Shown: positions 1-14,559, counted from the first letter of the stretch. The stretch is 64,000 bases of DNA from the human T2T-CHM13v2.0 reference genome, Homo sapiens (GCF_009914755.1 NC_060947.1); one strand, 5' to 3'. Notes: generated by a model not told the origin, from the sequence alone. Numbers and translations are program-made.

Positions 1-215
1 GTTAGAGATACATACTAAAATATTTATCAGCTATGAAATGGTATGATACCTGGGATCAGCTTTAAAATTCTTCAGAAAAAAAATGGGGGATAGAATAAAT
101 AGGAATAGTAATATTGGCAATTGTTGAAGCTGGGTGATGGGTACATGGGGGTTCATTATACTCTTCTCTCTGCTTTATTTATGTTTGAAAGTTCCCGTAA
201 TGAAAAGTTAAAAAA
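1..215 (+). mobile_element. Old L1 (L1MD/L1ME-type) 3' end fragment
   Basis: ttgttgaagctgggtgatgggtacatgggggttcattatactctt...A-rich end, typical of the L1M 3' UTR. Confidence 0.7.
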
Positions 216-631
216 GTAATATACCCTAGATTACTCTGGAAGTGAGTCATACATTAGTGAAAATTAGTTTGAGCATGCTAACAACATCTAGTAGACTCGG
301 ACAGCTACCAGGAATGAGATTTTGGATGGGCAGAGCCAGGAAGGAGGGCAGGTGTATGTTGGAACATGAGCCACTTTTGGGAACTAGGAAGTCCTGGATG
401 CGGTGGAGAAATATTTGTGAGGGATGGGGAATTTTGAATGGTCAGACAACAGTCTGAAAGTTCTAGGAGAGAAAGCAGGAAGTGAAAGAAGAGAGGAGAC
501 AGAGTGCAATAGGCACTCATGTTCATGTATTAGGTCTCTCGCTAAGCCTATAAGTTCCTGGAAGTTGGGTCCTGTATCTTAATCATCACTGTCTTCCCTA
601 GAGCTCTCAGGACATTAGTTTATTGATTTTA

Positions 632-870
632 TTTCATTCATTCATTTATTTAAGAATACTTATTGAGTGCCTATGAATGCAGGCAATCCAAACATGTGTA
701 TGCAGTAGTCAAAGGAGATATAGCAGTGAACAAAACAAAGTCTCTGCCTTCAGGGAGCTCACATTTTAGTGGGAGGGGACAGATAGTAAATAAACAAGCA
801 TGTACATGTCAGATGGTGATAAGTGCTGCAGAGGAAAATAAAGTAGGGTAAGGGGTTGGGGAATGCTGGG
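632..870 (-). mobile_element. L2 3' fragment
   Basis: Begins ttcattcattcatttattt...tattgagtgcctat (reverse complement of the L2 tail). Confidence 0.7.
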
Positions 871-1094
871 TAATTAGTTGCTCAGGACCAAACTTGAATG
901 GCACTTGGGCCCTTAGGAGCTTTTTCAGGTCCCCTCTGCCACCTGGCTTTTGGTCATGTTGGACTCTGTGCCGTTTGTTCCCTGGGTTTCACCAAGGGCT
1001 CCTGGGCCTTTCAGTCTATATATATATGCATATTTTAACCTAATCTTGACTTATTTCTCCCTTCCTACACCCAACTAATCCACATTCCTTTTTG

Positions 1095-1388
1095 GGAACA
1101 TTCTCCAGGTACCACTTCCTCCAGGAAGTGTTCACAGGTCCTTCCTTCTTCCTACCTCCACACTATTCCCTGCTTGGGTCTTCTCTGCTTCCATAGCACT
1201 CTTGCATAATCTCTACTACAGCACTTTTCACTGTGGATTATAATTGTCTTCCCGACTAGACATTGAGCTCTTTCAGGATAGAGAGTATGTCTTTTTTATC
1301 TCTATATAGCACGGGGCCTAGAACACAGTAGGGATCCTGTACATGCTTGATAAATACATGAATGAACGGATGGATGAAAGAATGAACA
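1095..1388 (+). mobile_element. L2 3' fragment
   Basis: cttcctccaggaag...ctagacattgagctc...acacagtagg...atgaatgaa tail. Confidence 0.65.
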
Positions 1389-1572
1389 TGTTCTCTAGCA
1401 GAACATCAGAGACTTGGGAAGCATCCTCACCCTAAATCAAACACTGAGGAAGTAGAGTTGTTAGTATGTGCTTAGATACCAAAAGGAGAAAGGAGATCTG
1501 TATCCTTGGATATGTTTTAAACTCTATGATGATGATGATGATAATTGACATTCAATATTTATTGCATAGACT

Positions 1573-1788
1573 TATGAGCACAACTGCCTGGGTTTTAATT
1601 TTAGTTGTACCATTTGCTAGCTGTATAATTTGGGGCAAGTTACATAATTTTTTTTGTACCTTAGTTTCCTCATCTGGAAAATGAGGATGATAATAATACT
1701 ATGTATTAAATGAAATAAAGTTCTGCAAAGCACTTAGAATAGTACCTGTAATACAGTAAATACTGTATAAGGATTTGCTATTATTTAT
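1573..1788 (+). mobile_element. MIR
   Basis: MIR core: ggggcaagttac...ttagtttcctcatctggaaaatgaggatgataata...aaagcacttagaatagtacctg. Confidence 0.8.
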
Positions 1789-1904
1789 TACGATGAGTCA
1801 GCGACTGTGTTAAATCCTTTAGTTATTCATTCATGTATATTGAGAGCCTGCCAGTTCTAGGCCCTGGAGATTGAGTGCCTTCATGGAGCTTACATTTGAC
1901 CTAA

Positions 1905-2058
1905 CTCCACCCTCACACAATACAAGGGAGATACTATACATATCCCCAACATATAAAAAAGTGAGGCTTAAAGCTATTAAGTGACTTGTCCAAGGTCATA
2001 GAGCTCATAAGTTGAAAATTAGGATTCTAACTCTGGTCTGTGTGACTCCAAAAATCAT
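1905..2058 (-). mobile_element. MIR
   Basis: gtgaggctt...aagtgacttgtccaaggtcatagagct...ggtctgtgtgactccaaa. Confidence 0.7.
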
Positions 2059-2068
2059 TGCTTTAGAC

Positions 2069-2116
2069 CAGGAGTTGACAAACTATGGCCCATGAGCCAA
2101 ATCTGTCCCTCCGCCT
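2069..2116 (+). mobile_element. MER58A (hAT-Charlie MITE), 5' part
   Basis: caggagttgacaaactatggcccatgagccaaatctgtccctccgcc matches the MER58A 5' end; the rest is at 9411-9589. Confidence 0.8.
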
Positions 2117-2945
2117 TTTTTTTCCTTGAGATATAATTTACCCTTTTAGAGTGCATTGTTTAGTATATTCACAAGTAGCATATTTACAAAGTTGTGCAAC
2201 CACTATCTAATTCCAGAACATTTTCATCACCCATGAAGGAAACCTCATATCCACTGAGCATTCACTTCTTGTTCCCCTATCCCCTGGCAACCAGTAATCT
2301 ACTTTCTGTCTTTATGGATTTTCATATTCTGGACATTTCATACAAATGGAATAATAGAATATGTGGCCTTTTGTGTCTTTCTTTCACTTAGCATAATGTT
2401 TTCAAAGTTCATCCATATTGTAGTACGTATCAGTAATTTGTTCTTTTTATGGCTGAATTCCATTGTATAGATACACATTTTGTTTATCCATTTATCAGTT
2501 GATGGACATTTGGGTTGATTCCAAGTTTTTGGCTGTTATGAATAGTGCTGCTATGAAAATCTATGTACACATTCTTGTGTGAAGATATGTGGTTATATAC
2601 CTAGGAATAGAATTTCTGGGTCATTTGGCAACTCTATTTAACTTTTTAGGGAACTGCCGTGCTGTTTTCCAAAGTGGCTGCACCATTTGATATTTCCACC
2701 AGCAATGTATGAGGGTTCCAATTTCTCTGCATTGTTGCCAACATTTGCTATTATCCATCTTTTTGATTATTGTCATCCTAGTAGGAGTGAAGTGATATTT
2801 CATAGTGGTTTGGGATTTGCATTTCCCTAATGACTAATGATGTCAGGCATTTCCTCATGTATTTATTGACCAGTTGTATATCTTCTTTGGAGCAATGTCT
2901 ATGTGTATCCTTTGCCCATATTAAAACTGGGTTATTTTGCTCTTG

Positions 2946-3247
<302 letters not shown>

Positions 3248-3278
3248 TGAGTACTAAGGGTTTTAAAAATGTATTCTG

Positions 3279-3570
3279 AGCCTGGGTGCCATGTCTCATG
3301 TCTGCAATCCCAGCACTTTGGGAGGCTGAGGTGGGTGGATCACTTAAGGTCAGGAGTTCAAGACCAACCTGGGCAACATGGTGAAACCCCATCTCTACAA
3401 AAAATACAAAAATTAGCTGGGTGCGGTAGCACACGCCTGTAGTCCCAACTACTTAGGAGACTGAGGCAGGAGAATCGCTTGAGCCCGGGAGGCAGAGGTT
3501 GCAGTGAGCTGAGATCACGTCATTGCACTACAGCCTGGGTGATGGGAGTGAAACCCTGTCTCAAAAAAAA
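3279..3570 (+). mobile_element. Alu (old S/Jb type) with 14-bp TSD
   Basis: Full dimer and poly(A); TSD aaaaatgtattctg at 3265-3278 and 3571-3584. Confidence 0.95.
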
Positions 3571-3664
3571 AAAAATGTATTCTGGATACAAGTCCTTTAT
3601 ATATGATTTGCAAATATTTTGATTCACAAATTTTTTTTCCCCATTCTGTGAGTTGTCTTTTACT

Positions 3665-4013
3665 TTCTTTTGTTTTCTTTTTCTTTTCTTTCTTTCTTTC
3701 TTTTTTTTTTTTTTGGAGACAGGGTCTCACTTTGTCACCTGGGCTGGAAGCAGTGGTGTGATCACAGCTTGTTGCAGCCTTGACCTCCTGGGCTCAAACA
3801 GTTCCCATCCCACCCTCTCCACCTACTGCCTCCCAAGTAGCTGGACCACAGGCATGCACCACCACACCCAGCTAATTTTTAAATTTTTTGTAGAGACGGG
3901 GGTCCCATTAAGTTGCCCAGGTTGGTCTCAATTGAACTCCTGGGCTCAAGTGATCCTCCTGCCTTGGCCTCCCAAAGTGCTGGGATTATAGGCGTGAGCC
4001 ACTGTGCCCAGCC
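3665..4013 (-). mobile_element. AluJ
   Basis: Poly(T)/(CTTT) tail, then gagacagggtctcac...gtgagccactgtgcccagcc. Confidence 0.95.
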
Positions 4014-4074
4014 TGTTGTGATTTCTTTATCTGGTTTTGGTATAAATGTAGAACTGGCTTCATAGTTGGGAAGT

Positions 4075-4737
4075 TTTATTTGTCAGGGTTCTCCAGAGAA
4101 AGAGAACAAATAGGATATCTCTCTCTCTCTCTCTCACTCTCTAGAAATATATGTAAAAATAAATATCTAGATGAATAAATCTATCATTTATCTACATAAA
4201 ATAGATTTATTGTGAGGAACTGGCTCATGCACTTATGGAGGCTGAGAAGACTTTTGACCTGCCATCTGCAAACCGGAGTCCAAGGACAGCTGGTTGTATA
4301 GCTCTAGTCTGAGTCTGAGGGCTTGAGAACCAGGAGAAATGATGGTGTAAGTTCTAGTCCAAGTCCAAAGGCCTGAGAACCAGAGGGCTGATGGTGTAAA
4401 TCTCAGTCCTAGGGCAGGAGAAAACTGAAATCTTAGCTCAAGCAGTCATTGAGAGACGGGAGGGGAGGATTGGGGAGGGAAGGGAAGGGAGGGAAGAGAA
4501 GGGAAGGGAGGAAGAGAGAGAGATAATTCTTCCTTCACCTTTTGTTCTATTCAGGCCCTCAACAGATTGGATGATGCCAACCCATACTAAGAAGGAAAAT
4601 CTTCTTGATTTAGTCTACTAATCCAAATGGTAATCTCTTCTGGAAACACCCTCACACATACAACCAGAAATAATGTTTAACCAGGTATCTGAGCATTTCT
4701 GTGGCCCAATAAAGTTGACAAATAAAATCAACCATTA
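4075..4737 (-). mobile_element. MLT2 (ERVL) solo LTR
   Basis: gtcagggttctccagagaaagagaacaaataggata...ttgacaaataaaatcaaccat, with internal (CT)n and GA-rich expansions. Confidence 0.85.
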
Positions 4738-4971
4738 TTGGTATCAATCAGTAGAATTGACTAGTGAAACCATATGTGCCTGGGGTTTTCTTTGTGGGAA
4801 TTCAAAAAATTATTAATTCAATCTATTTTACTTGGTTTAGGTCTATTCAGATACTCCATTCCATTTTTTCTTGTTAGTTTTGGTATTGTGTGTCTTTCTA
4901 GGAATATTTTCATTACATCTAGGTTATAAAATTTGTTGGCATACAGTTGCTCATAGTATTCCTTTATGCTC

Positions 4972-5097
4972 TTTTTTTTTTTGAGACGAGGTCTCACCAT
5001 GTTGCCCAGGCTAGTCTTGAACTCCTGAGCTCAAGCGATCCTCACGCCTTGGCCTCCCAAAGTTCTGGGATCACAGGCGTGAGACGCTGTGCCTGGC
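4972..5097 (-). mobile_element. Alu monomer (FLAM_C-like)
   Basis: Single left-arm monomer with its own poly(T). Confidence 0.85.
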
Positions 5098-5305
5098 TCT
5101 TTATACTCCTTTTTATTTCTCTAAGGTGGGTAGTAATATCTCCACTGTCGTTCCTGATTTTCATAATTTGAGACATTTTTTTCTTAAGTCTACCTAAAGT
5201 TTTGTAATTTTGCTGAGCTTTGCAAAGAACCAACTTTCGATTTCACCAAATTTCTCTACTGTTTTTCTATTCTTTATTTCAGTTCTTCTTGCTGTAATTT
5301 TTATT

Positions 5306-5675
<370 letters not shown>

Positions 5676-5871
5676 TGAAAGATTAAGTTATTAATTTGTA
5701 ATCTTTCTTATTTTTAAGCAGACCTTTGCAGTTACAAATTTCCCTCTGAGTACTGCATTCATTGCACTCCATAAGTTTTGGCATGTTTTGTTTTTGTTTT
5801 CATTCATCTTGGAGTATTTTATAACTTTATTTGTGATTTCTTTTCTTTTAATTTTTTTTTCTTATTGGGAG

Positions 5872-6059
5872 GGGTGCACCATTTCTGGAGGTACTGCAAT
5901 ACCAGGTTGATGCATGGAGTGGAGGAAACTAGTCCTTATTCCATCTCCCTGCTCCAAAAATCCCTTTAATGTATTGTCCTCAGATAGAGGATGTATCAGA
6001 TATTAAACTGATAAGGACAGATACTACACTTGAACTTAGCCAAAAGGCCATGAAGCAAC
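5872..6059 (-). pseudogene. RNU2: Full-length U2 snRNA retropseudogene
   Basis: Reverse complement aligns end to end with U2 snRNA (about 21 mismatches over about 188 nt by hand count, many at CpGs). Branch-site recognition GTAGTA (6022-6027) and Sm site ATTTTTG (5955-5961) are intact. A-rich tail at ~5843-5860; TSD gtgatttctt at 5833-5842 and 6060-6069. The symbol gives the family only; the pseudogene number is unknown. Confidence 0.95.
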
Positions 6060-6853
6060 GTGATTTCTTCTTCAACCTATTTGTATTAGGAGTGTGCTGT
6101 TTAATTTCCACATATTTATGAATTACCCAAATCTCCTTCTTTTATTGATTTCTAATTTCATTCCTTTCCATCTAATTTAATTCCAAAGTACTTTGTATGA
6201 TTTCAATCCTTTTAAATTTACTGAGACTTCTTTTGTGATTTAACTTATGTTCTGTCCTAGAAAATGTTCCACGTGCACTTGAAAAGAATGTATATTCTGC
6301 TCTAGTTGGTTTATCACGTTGTCCAAATCTATTTCCTTGTTGATCTTCTCCCTAGCTGTTCTATTTATTATTGAAAATGGAGTATTGACATCTCCAACTA
6401 TTATTGTTAAATTTCTTATTTCTCTTTTTCACTTCTTTAGTTTTTGTTGCATATGTTTTGGTGCTCTGTTGTTAGGTGACATATATTTATAATTTTGTCT
6501 ATTAGTATAGCCACACCAGCTCTCTTTTTGTTACCGTATGCATGCTATATCTTTTGCCATCCTTTTACTTCCAACCTACGTGTGCCTTTGAATTTAAAGT
6601 ATTTCTTTTATGAACAACATATAGTTGAATTATGTTTTTAAAATCCATTTGACCAATCTCTAATTTTTAATTGGAATGTTTAATCATTTACATTTAATAT
6701 AATTACTGATAAGGCATAGTCTATGTATGCCACAATGCTACTTGTTCTCCATGTCTTAGGCTTTTTTGTTGCTCGATTCCTCCATTACTGCATTCTTTTT
6801 TTATTAAATAGATATCTTCCACTGTACCATTTTAATTTTCTTGTTAGTTTACA

Positions 6854-6930
6854 TATATAAAAATGTATTATATACATGTATAAATATGTGTATATATATG
6901 TATGTGTGTGTATATATATGTATATGTATA
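6854..6930. repeat. (TA)n/(TG)n degenerate microsatellite
   Basis: atatataaaaatgtattatatacatgtataaatatgtgtatatatatgtatgtgtgtgtatatatatg. Confidence 0.8.
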
Positions 6931-7024
6931 TTTTTTTTTTTAGTGGTTGCCTGAGTATTATAATTAACATCTTAACTTTTAACAATACAGTTTGGATTAA
7001 TATCAACTTAATTTCAATAGTATA

Positions 7025-7470
7025 TGTTATGGTTTGGATATGGTTTGTTCATCCCCACCAAAACTCATTTAAAACTTGATCCATAATGTGGCAGTGTTGG
7101 GAGGTGGGCCTAGTTGGAGTTGTTTGGGTCATGAGAGAAGATTCCTCATGAATGGCTTGATGCCATTCTCATGGTAGTGAGTTCTCACTCTGGCAAAACT
7201 GGATTAGTTCTTGCAGAAATGGATTAGTTCCTGCAAGAGTGGGTTGTTATAAAGCCCCTCAGATTTTGCCTCTTTGCATGTGCCTTCCTACTCTTTGACC
7301 TTTTGCCGTGTTGTGACACAGGACAAAACCCCTTACCAGAGGCCAAGTTAAAGCCAGCACCGTGCTTCTTGAACTTCCTAGCTTCCAGAACCATGAGCTA
7401 AATAAACCTCTTATTTATAAATTACCCAGCCTGAGGTATTCTGTTATAGCAACACAAAATGGCCTAAGTA
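7025..7470 (+). mobile_element. MSTB-type MaLR solo LTR
   Basis: tgttatggtttggatatggtttgttcatccccaccaaaactcat...aataaacctc...ctgttatagcaacacaaaatgg. Confidence 0.85.
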
Positions 7471-7741
7471 CATAAATACTTTTTTCCCATATAGCTCCAT
7501 TTTCATGCCTCTCCTTTGTGTTGTTATTGTCACACAAATTATATCTTCACACATTGTGCACTTATCAAAGTGGATTTATTGCTTTATGCAGTTGTGTTTT
7601 AAATCATATATAGAAGAAAAGAGTTCCAAAGAAAAATATATTTGTACTTTGATATTTACTTATGTAGTGACCCTTACTGGTGGTCTTTATTTCTTTATGT
7701 GGATTCAAGTTGCTGTCTAGTATCCTTTCATTTCAGCCTGA

Positions 7742-8047
<306 letters not shown>

Positions 8048-8310
8048 ACCATTTAGTTATTTTTAATATAATTTCTATTTATTGATATTTATTGATATTG
8101 GTGAGACATGTCATACATTCCTTTAAATTTTGGTACATATTTAAAATACCTAATTTAAAGTCTTTGTCTAGTAATTCCAATGTTTGGATGTCCTCAGTGA
8201 CAGTTTATGTTGATTGATATTTTTTCCTATGTATTCACCTTTTCTTGTTTCTTTGTATATCTTACAACTTTTGTTAAAAATTGAACGTTTAAAATTATAT
8301 CATGCGGTAA

Positions 8311-8691
<381 letters not shown>

Positions 8692-9410
8692 TGTTTAGTG
8701 GCTTTTCTAAATTAATTCTGCAAAGTCTGGATTCTTTGTCACGTGGGGTCACAGAAGTCTCTGCTTGGTTAGGTTAGTCGTCAGCTAATGATTGTACAGA
8801 GAATTGCTTAAATTCATGGAGCCAGTAAGTCTCCCAGTCTTTACCAAGATGCTCTGTGTGTATGTTGGGGGCAACTTTGCCTTAGCACTTCACTTGTACA
8901 GAGCTTGAAGTTCAGCCATAGGTGAGAACTTTGGCCTTTCTTAGGTGTTTTCTGAGCATGTGCACAGCCTTGGGAATGCCTATCATCCTGTGCATATGCA
9001 TAGCCTTTTAGATTCCCAGGTATTTGTTGGAGGTTTTCTAAGCTCCATATGGACATCTCATTCCCCAGCATTTACTTTTAAGCTTTTTGGTTAGCTTAAT
9101 GTTCACCACAACTGTTACCTATTACCATAGGCAGCTGTAAAGTTAATCATTTGTCTCTAATTATTTTTGACAAATACCCCAAGGAAAAAGTTTTTCACAC
9201 TGAGCACACTCTTGAATCATGCCTAATAAAAAAAGCCTTGCAAGTGGGGTCTTTCAAGGAACCACTAGACAGGCCAAATATTAATTGTTCAGAAATGAGG
9301 CTTGGAAGGAGCTCCAACATTCTAGTCCATATTCTGTTCCCTCTGGTGGCTGCCAGGCTGCTGGTTTTCACCATGATTGTAGGCTGTTGGTTTTCAAGGC
9401 TACCATTTCT

Positions 9411-9589
9411 ACTTGTTTTTGTAAGTAAAGTTTTATTGGAACACAACCAATACTCATTCATTTACATACTGTCTATGGCTGCTTTTGTGTACAACAGCAG
9501 AATTGAGTAGTTGGGACAGAAATCATATGGTCTGAAAAGCGTAAAATATTTATGGCCCAGCCCTTTATTCTAAAAGTTTGCTACTCCTA
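9411..9589 (+). mobile_element. MER58A, 3' part
   Basis: tgtttttgtaagtaaagttttattggaacacaacc...gtctatggctgc...taaaatattt...aaagtttgctactcct. Confidence 0.85.
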
Positions 9590-9597
9590 CTCTAGAC

Positions 9598-9913
9598 CAG
9601 TGCTGTTTAGTAGAAATATAATGTGAGCCAATATATAATTAAAAATGTTCTGAGTAGCCACAATAAAAATAAAAAAAAAACAAGTGAAATTATTTTTAAG
9701 AATGTTTTATTTAACCTAACATATTCAAAATATTATCAATTTGACATATAACCAATATAAAATTACTAATAAGATATTTCACATTTTCTTCTTACTAAGT
9801 CTTTAAAATCTGGTGTGTACTGAACATTTACAGCACATCTCAATTTGGACTAGCCACATTTCAAATGCTTACTAATCACTAGTGGCTACTGGTTACCATA
9901 TTGGATAGCATAG
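9598..9913. mobile_element. MER33 (hAT-Charlie MITE)
   Basis: cagtgctgtttagtagaaatataatgtgagcca...ctagccacatttcaaatgct...ccatattggatagcatag. Confidence 0.85.
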
Positions 9914-9921
9914 CTCTAGAT

Positions 9922-10083
9922 TCTTGGTGCTCAAAATGTGGTACCTGGTTTGGCAACATTATATCGTGCAGGAGCTTGCAAGAATGGCAAAATCTCAAGC
10001 TTCAGCCTGGAGGAACTGAATCAGAATTTGCATTTAACAAGCCCTAGGTAATTCATATGCATATTAAACTTTGAGAAGTAGAG
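9922..10083. mobile_element. MER5A/B (hAT-Charlie MITE)
   Basis: ctcaaaatgtggt...actgaatcagaatttgcatttaacaagccctaggtaattcatatgcatattaaactttgagaag. Confidence 0.8.
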
Positions 10084-11444
10084 CTCTATACCATTTTGCT
10101 ATACTACCTGTCTTTGGGATAAAGACCCAGTATACAGAAGGCATTATTCTAATATAAAATATAACCCTCTGGTTGTCATTCTATCATAGATCTTGGTGGA
10201 ATTGTTTGAAAATGAATTAACCAAGATGACAGTGTGCTAGGTGCTGTGCTAGGCACTGTGGGGTTTGCTGAGTTGAAGAGGACATGGTCTCTTCTTTCAG
10301 GGAACTCACAACTGCCCAAGGATGCCTGGAGAATAATACTCTGCATACGAAATCCAATCTTCTGCACTAAAATCCTCTAAACAACTTCTCCATCTCAAAT
10401 GTAAATGTGGCAACCAGGCACTGGATTGCTCAAGCAGGCATTCAACTCAAGAGGTTCATGGGACAGAAACAAAACAGTTTCACTCCATTTGAAATTGGCT
10501 CATGGCAATGGTCTGAAGCAAACACTCAAGCTTTAGGATATGAACTCAATGGGTCATTCTGAAAGGGTAGCAACCCTGTGTTTGTATAATAGGAAAGTTA
10601 TAACATTCATCATGCTCAGATTCAGGAACTGTGCACTCAAGTCAAGAGAAATCTGACAGTCTGATTTCCAGGTTCCAGTGACTTGGAATAGAAATTCCTA
10701 TTTAAAGCAAAGAAAATAAGAAATGAGGAAGTGCCAGTCCTTGTTTCTCTGTGTAGGTGTTGACAAGCTATTAAATCATTAGGCTGTCCCTTGCCAGAAG
10801 CAACAGAATAAATCTTGGAAGTTGACAAATGGTCAGCAGCTCTGTGTGTGCCTGCACACTCAGAAGCACACACAAAGGGCACACTGTTTCCCTTGGTTTA
10901 TCTCCTGGCTGTGTAAATATTTCATCTGACATTTGGATTGGATTCTGAGCTAGTTTCCCACCAAGCTGATGGTTTTTTAATCTGCTTTCATCAGCCTACA
11001 ATAAACTGTCTAACCTGTCTGCACAGTGCAGTGTACTCTGCCCACTGGCAAACAGAACAAATGCAACCAGGAGATCCCGACATACTTTTCTCAGATGTCT
11101 GAAGACGAGGAATTGCACCCAAGCTCTGCCCAAGCCAGAAACACAAGCTATGAGGCACTTGCCTCATCCTGTTATACCAGCACCTATGAGCCCTTCCTAG
11201 ACTAGACCAGTGCCACCAGGAGGTCACAACGCATAACTTGGGCCTGCCATCCTATTAAGACAGATCTTTGGCTCAGCACAAATATGCCACTGCCAAAGAT
11301 GAGGGTGGCTGTAATCTCATTCACTCTAGGTTGTATTCATGCTGGCTTCCTTTCAGTTTCAGATGAGTTCCCTCAGTTGTCCAAATGTAGGAAACGCTGT
11401 GATAACCCAAACCACAAATTACTGGCTCAGAAAGCTCCTATGCG

Positions 11445-11807
11445 GTAATAAAAATAAAGGAAGTACTGATACATGCTGCAACATGGATGACCCTTTAAAA
11501 CATTCGGTTAAATGAAAGAAGCCAGTGATAAAAGACCACATATTGCAGGATTCCATTCATATGAAATGTTCAGAATAGCAAATCTATAGAGACAGAAAGT
11601 AGATTGGTTGTTTCCAGGGGGTCGGGGGAGAGGAGATTGATTGCTAGTGAGCATGGGATTTCTTTTAGGGGGGATAATAACATACCAGAATTAGGTAGTG
11701 GTAATGGTTGCATAACTTTGTGAATATACTAAAACCCACTGAATTGCACTCTTTAAATGGGTGAATTTTGTGATATGAGAATTATATCTTGCTAAAGCTG
11801 TTTAAAA
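11445..11807 (+). mobile_element. L1MB/ME 3' end
   Basis: gaagtactgatacatgctgcaacatggatga...atctatagagacagaaagtagatt...ttatatcttgctaaagctgttt. Confidence 0.85.
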
Positions 11808-12478
11808 GCGATTGAGTTATTAGATGATTTTTCCCTCTCCCCCTAAAAAAGCTCCCATAGATCAATCTTCTCAGCCTTGCTATTTCGTATTCTACTTATA
11901 GGAGAAGGATGTAAAAGAAAAGCATACAAACTGGTCCTAGGAAAGCTATAGGATCAGAAGGGTCTACCCAGTCTACTGCTACAGTCCTCTATCATTCATT
12001 CACTTATTCATTCATCGAAAGTCTGCTATGTACTAGGCACTGGGGATACAGCATTAAGAAACTCTGCCCTATTAGGAGCTTATGATAATGATGTTTCTAA
12101 CATTGACCTTGAGATCCCCAGATTCATGAATTCCCTTCTGAATAATCAAAGATTAAAATGTATAATTGCATTAATTGTACAGTGCTATTTGTATTCTGGT
12201 TTTTTGAAATTGGGAATTCATGGATTTATGGATGATACACCTCTCTAAAAGTTTCTATACCTGAGGTATAAACTATATTGGATAATTTACACTAATAGTA
12301 AAGCAAAATATTTAAAGAACAAGGCAGGATACAAACTTACTCTTTCCCCAAGGAAGTTTCCCCAAGATGTTGTAAGCAAGAATTCTTGACAAAAATAGCC
12401 AAACCATGTACTTTGAGGTTTCGTTCTTCACAAAGAATTGCTTTTGTGAATCCACAGGCTTTATTAACAGGTAGTTTT

Positions 12479-12893
<415 letters not shown>

Positions 12894-12894
12894 T

Positions 12895-13385
12895 CAGGCA
12901 GTGTGTTAGATGGAGAAATATAATAACATTTGATTTTTGGAGTCAGGCAGGCCTGAGTTCAAATCCTAGCTCACATTTTAAATTCAGGCCTGCATCATCT
13001 CTTAACAGCTTCTGAGTTGCTCTTCCTATCTCCAGTCATGTCCCTCTCAAATTCATCCTTTACACAGCAGCCTAAGTAAATTCAAAAATACAAAATGGAT
13101 CTTGTTACTCCCTTACTGTAAAAGTTTTAGGGACACCACAACTTTGGTAGGAGGGTCTAAGCTATTTAGCATGACTAATAAAGAGTTGGCTCCACAGCTT
13201 GGCCTCCAAACACCTCTCTAGCTGCATCTCTTACCATTTTCCACCTTACAATTTTTACACAATTGTTTGTAGTTGCACACAGACAGAAACCCACATGCAT
13301 CCACTCTACTCAGGCTGTTATGCTCTGCTGGAATCACTTTCCACCCTTCTGTGCCTGGTTAACTTTTGAATCATTCTTGCATTGG
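12895..13385 (+). mobile_element. MIR fragment followed by L2 fragment
   Basis: ggagtcaggcaggcctgagttcaaatcctagctc, then L2-like ttcatcctttacacagcagcc...ctctgctggaatcacttt. Confidence 0.55.
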
Positions 13386-13549
13386 GGTGGGGGGTACAAC
13401 CAGCTGGTAAGAGGATAGACTCTAGAGCCAGACACCAGGGCAAACAAGGGCCCCAATTTAGCCTGCCCGCCCTAACTTTGGAGGCTAGATTAAAGGTAGT
13501 TGAGGAGATACTGACAATAATTGCAAAAAGTCTGTTACATTCTAGCATA

Positions 13550-14500
13550 AACTACTTTAAAACCATTGTATTGAAAAAGTTTGAGTAAGTAATATATGTA
13601 TTTAGTTAAAAATTCCAAAGGCAGAAAAGGATATTTTGTAAAAGAATAAGTCCTTGCTGTGTCCTAGATACCCAGTTCCCTTACCAGTGTTTTTGTAACT
13701 CTTTCAAGAGACAGACTGCATATGTAAGCATAAAAATATCATTTTGATACAATAAGAAAACACATTGTACACGGTGTCCTGTAATTCCCTTTTCATTTAG
13801 ATACCTTATCTTGGAGATTCTTTCACATGTATCATATGTTGCCAATCTTCTACTGGTAAACATTTACATTGTTTTTCAACTTTTACAAAGCTATTTCTTA
13901 GGACCTCTTTTACTATTCTTGCAGAGCTCCTGCTCACCAGAAAGAAAATTCTTTTTTTTTTTCCAAAAATCTCAGTTACTTTACATTCTTTTCCATTAAA
14001 AATTGCATTTATTGTGATTTTGTTTTTTACTTACAAAGTTAATACATTTCATTTGTAGGAAACTTGGAAAAGGCTGGGTGCAGTGGCTCATGCCTGTAAT
14101 CCCAGCACTTTGGGAGGCCGAGGCAGGAGGATCACTTGAGGCCACCAGTTTTAGATCACCTGGGCACCATAGCAAGATCTTGTCTCTACAAAAAAATTAA
14201 AAAATTAACCAGGCATGGTGGTACATGCCTGTAGTCTCATCTGCTTGGGAGGCTGAGGCAAGAGGATAACTTGAGCATAGGAGGTCGAGGCTACAGTGAG
14301 CTATGATCACGCCACTGCACCCCAGCCTGTCTGCAGAGTAAGACCTCATCTCAAAACCAAAACCAAAACGAAAAAACAAGCAAACAAAAAACTTGGAAAA
14401 TAAAAAAGCACAAAGAAAAAAGATCACTCCTATTTCCAACACTGGTTAACATTTTGATGAATGTCTTTCTAGTATTTTTTATATTCACATATCTACACTT
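13550..14500 (-). mobile_element. Degenerate L1ME 3' fragments around an Alu
   Basis: aagtaatatatgta...aaaattccaaag; ccaacactggttaacattttgatg. Confidence 0.45.
14072..14388 (+). mobile_element. AluJ
   Basis: Full dimer with a (CAAAA)-type tail; TSD aaacttggaaaa at 14060-14071 and 14389-14400. Confidence 0.95.
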
Positions 14501-14559
14501 TACAAAAGGTCTACTCTCAAATTTGAGGGGGAAATATGTGATAAGACATAATAAAAAAG

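Noticed and set aside
5872-6059. Functional U2 snRNA gene
   Set aside because: About 11% divergent, flanked by a TSD and A-tail inside an L1, with no PSE/DSE or 3' box.
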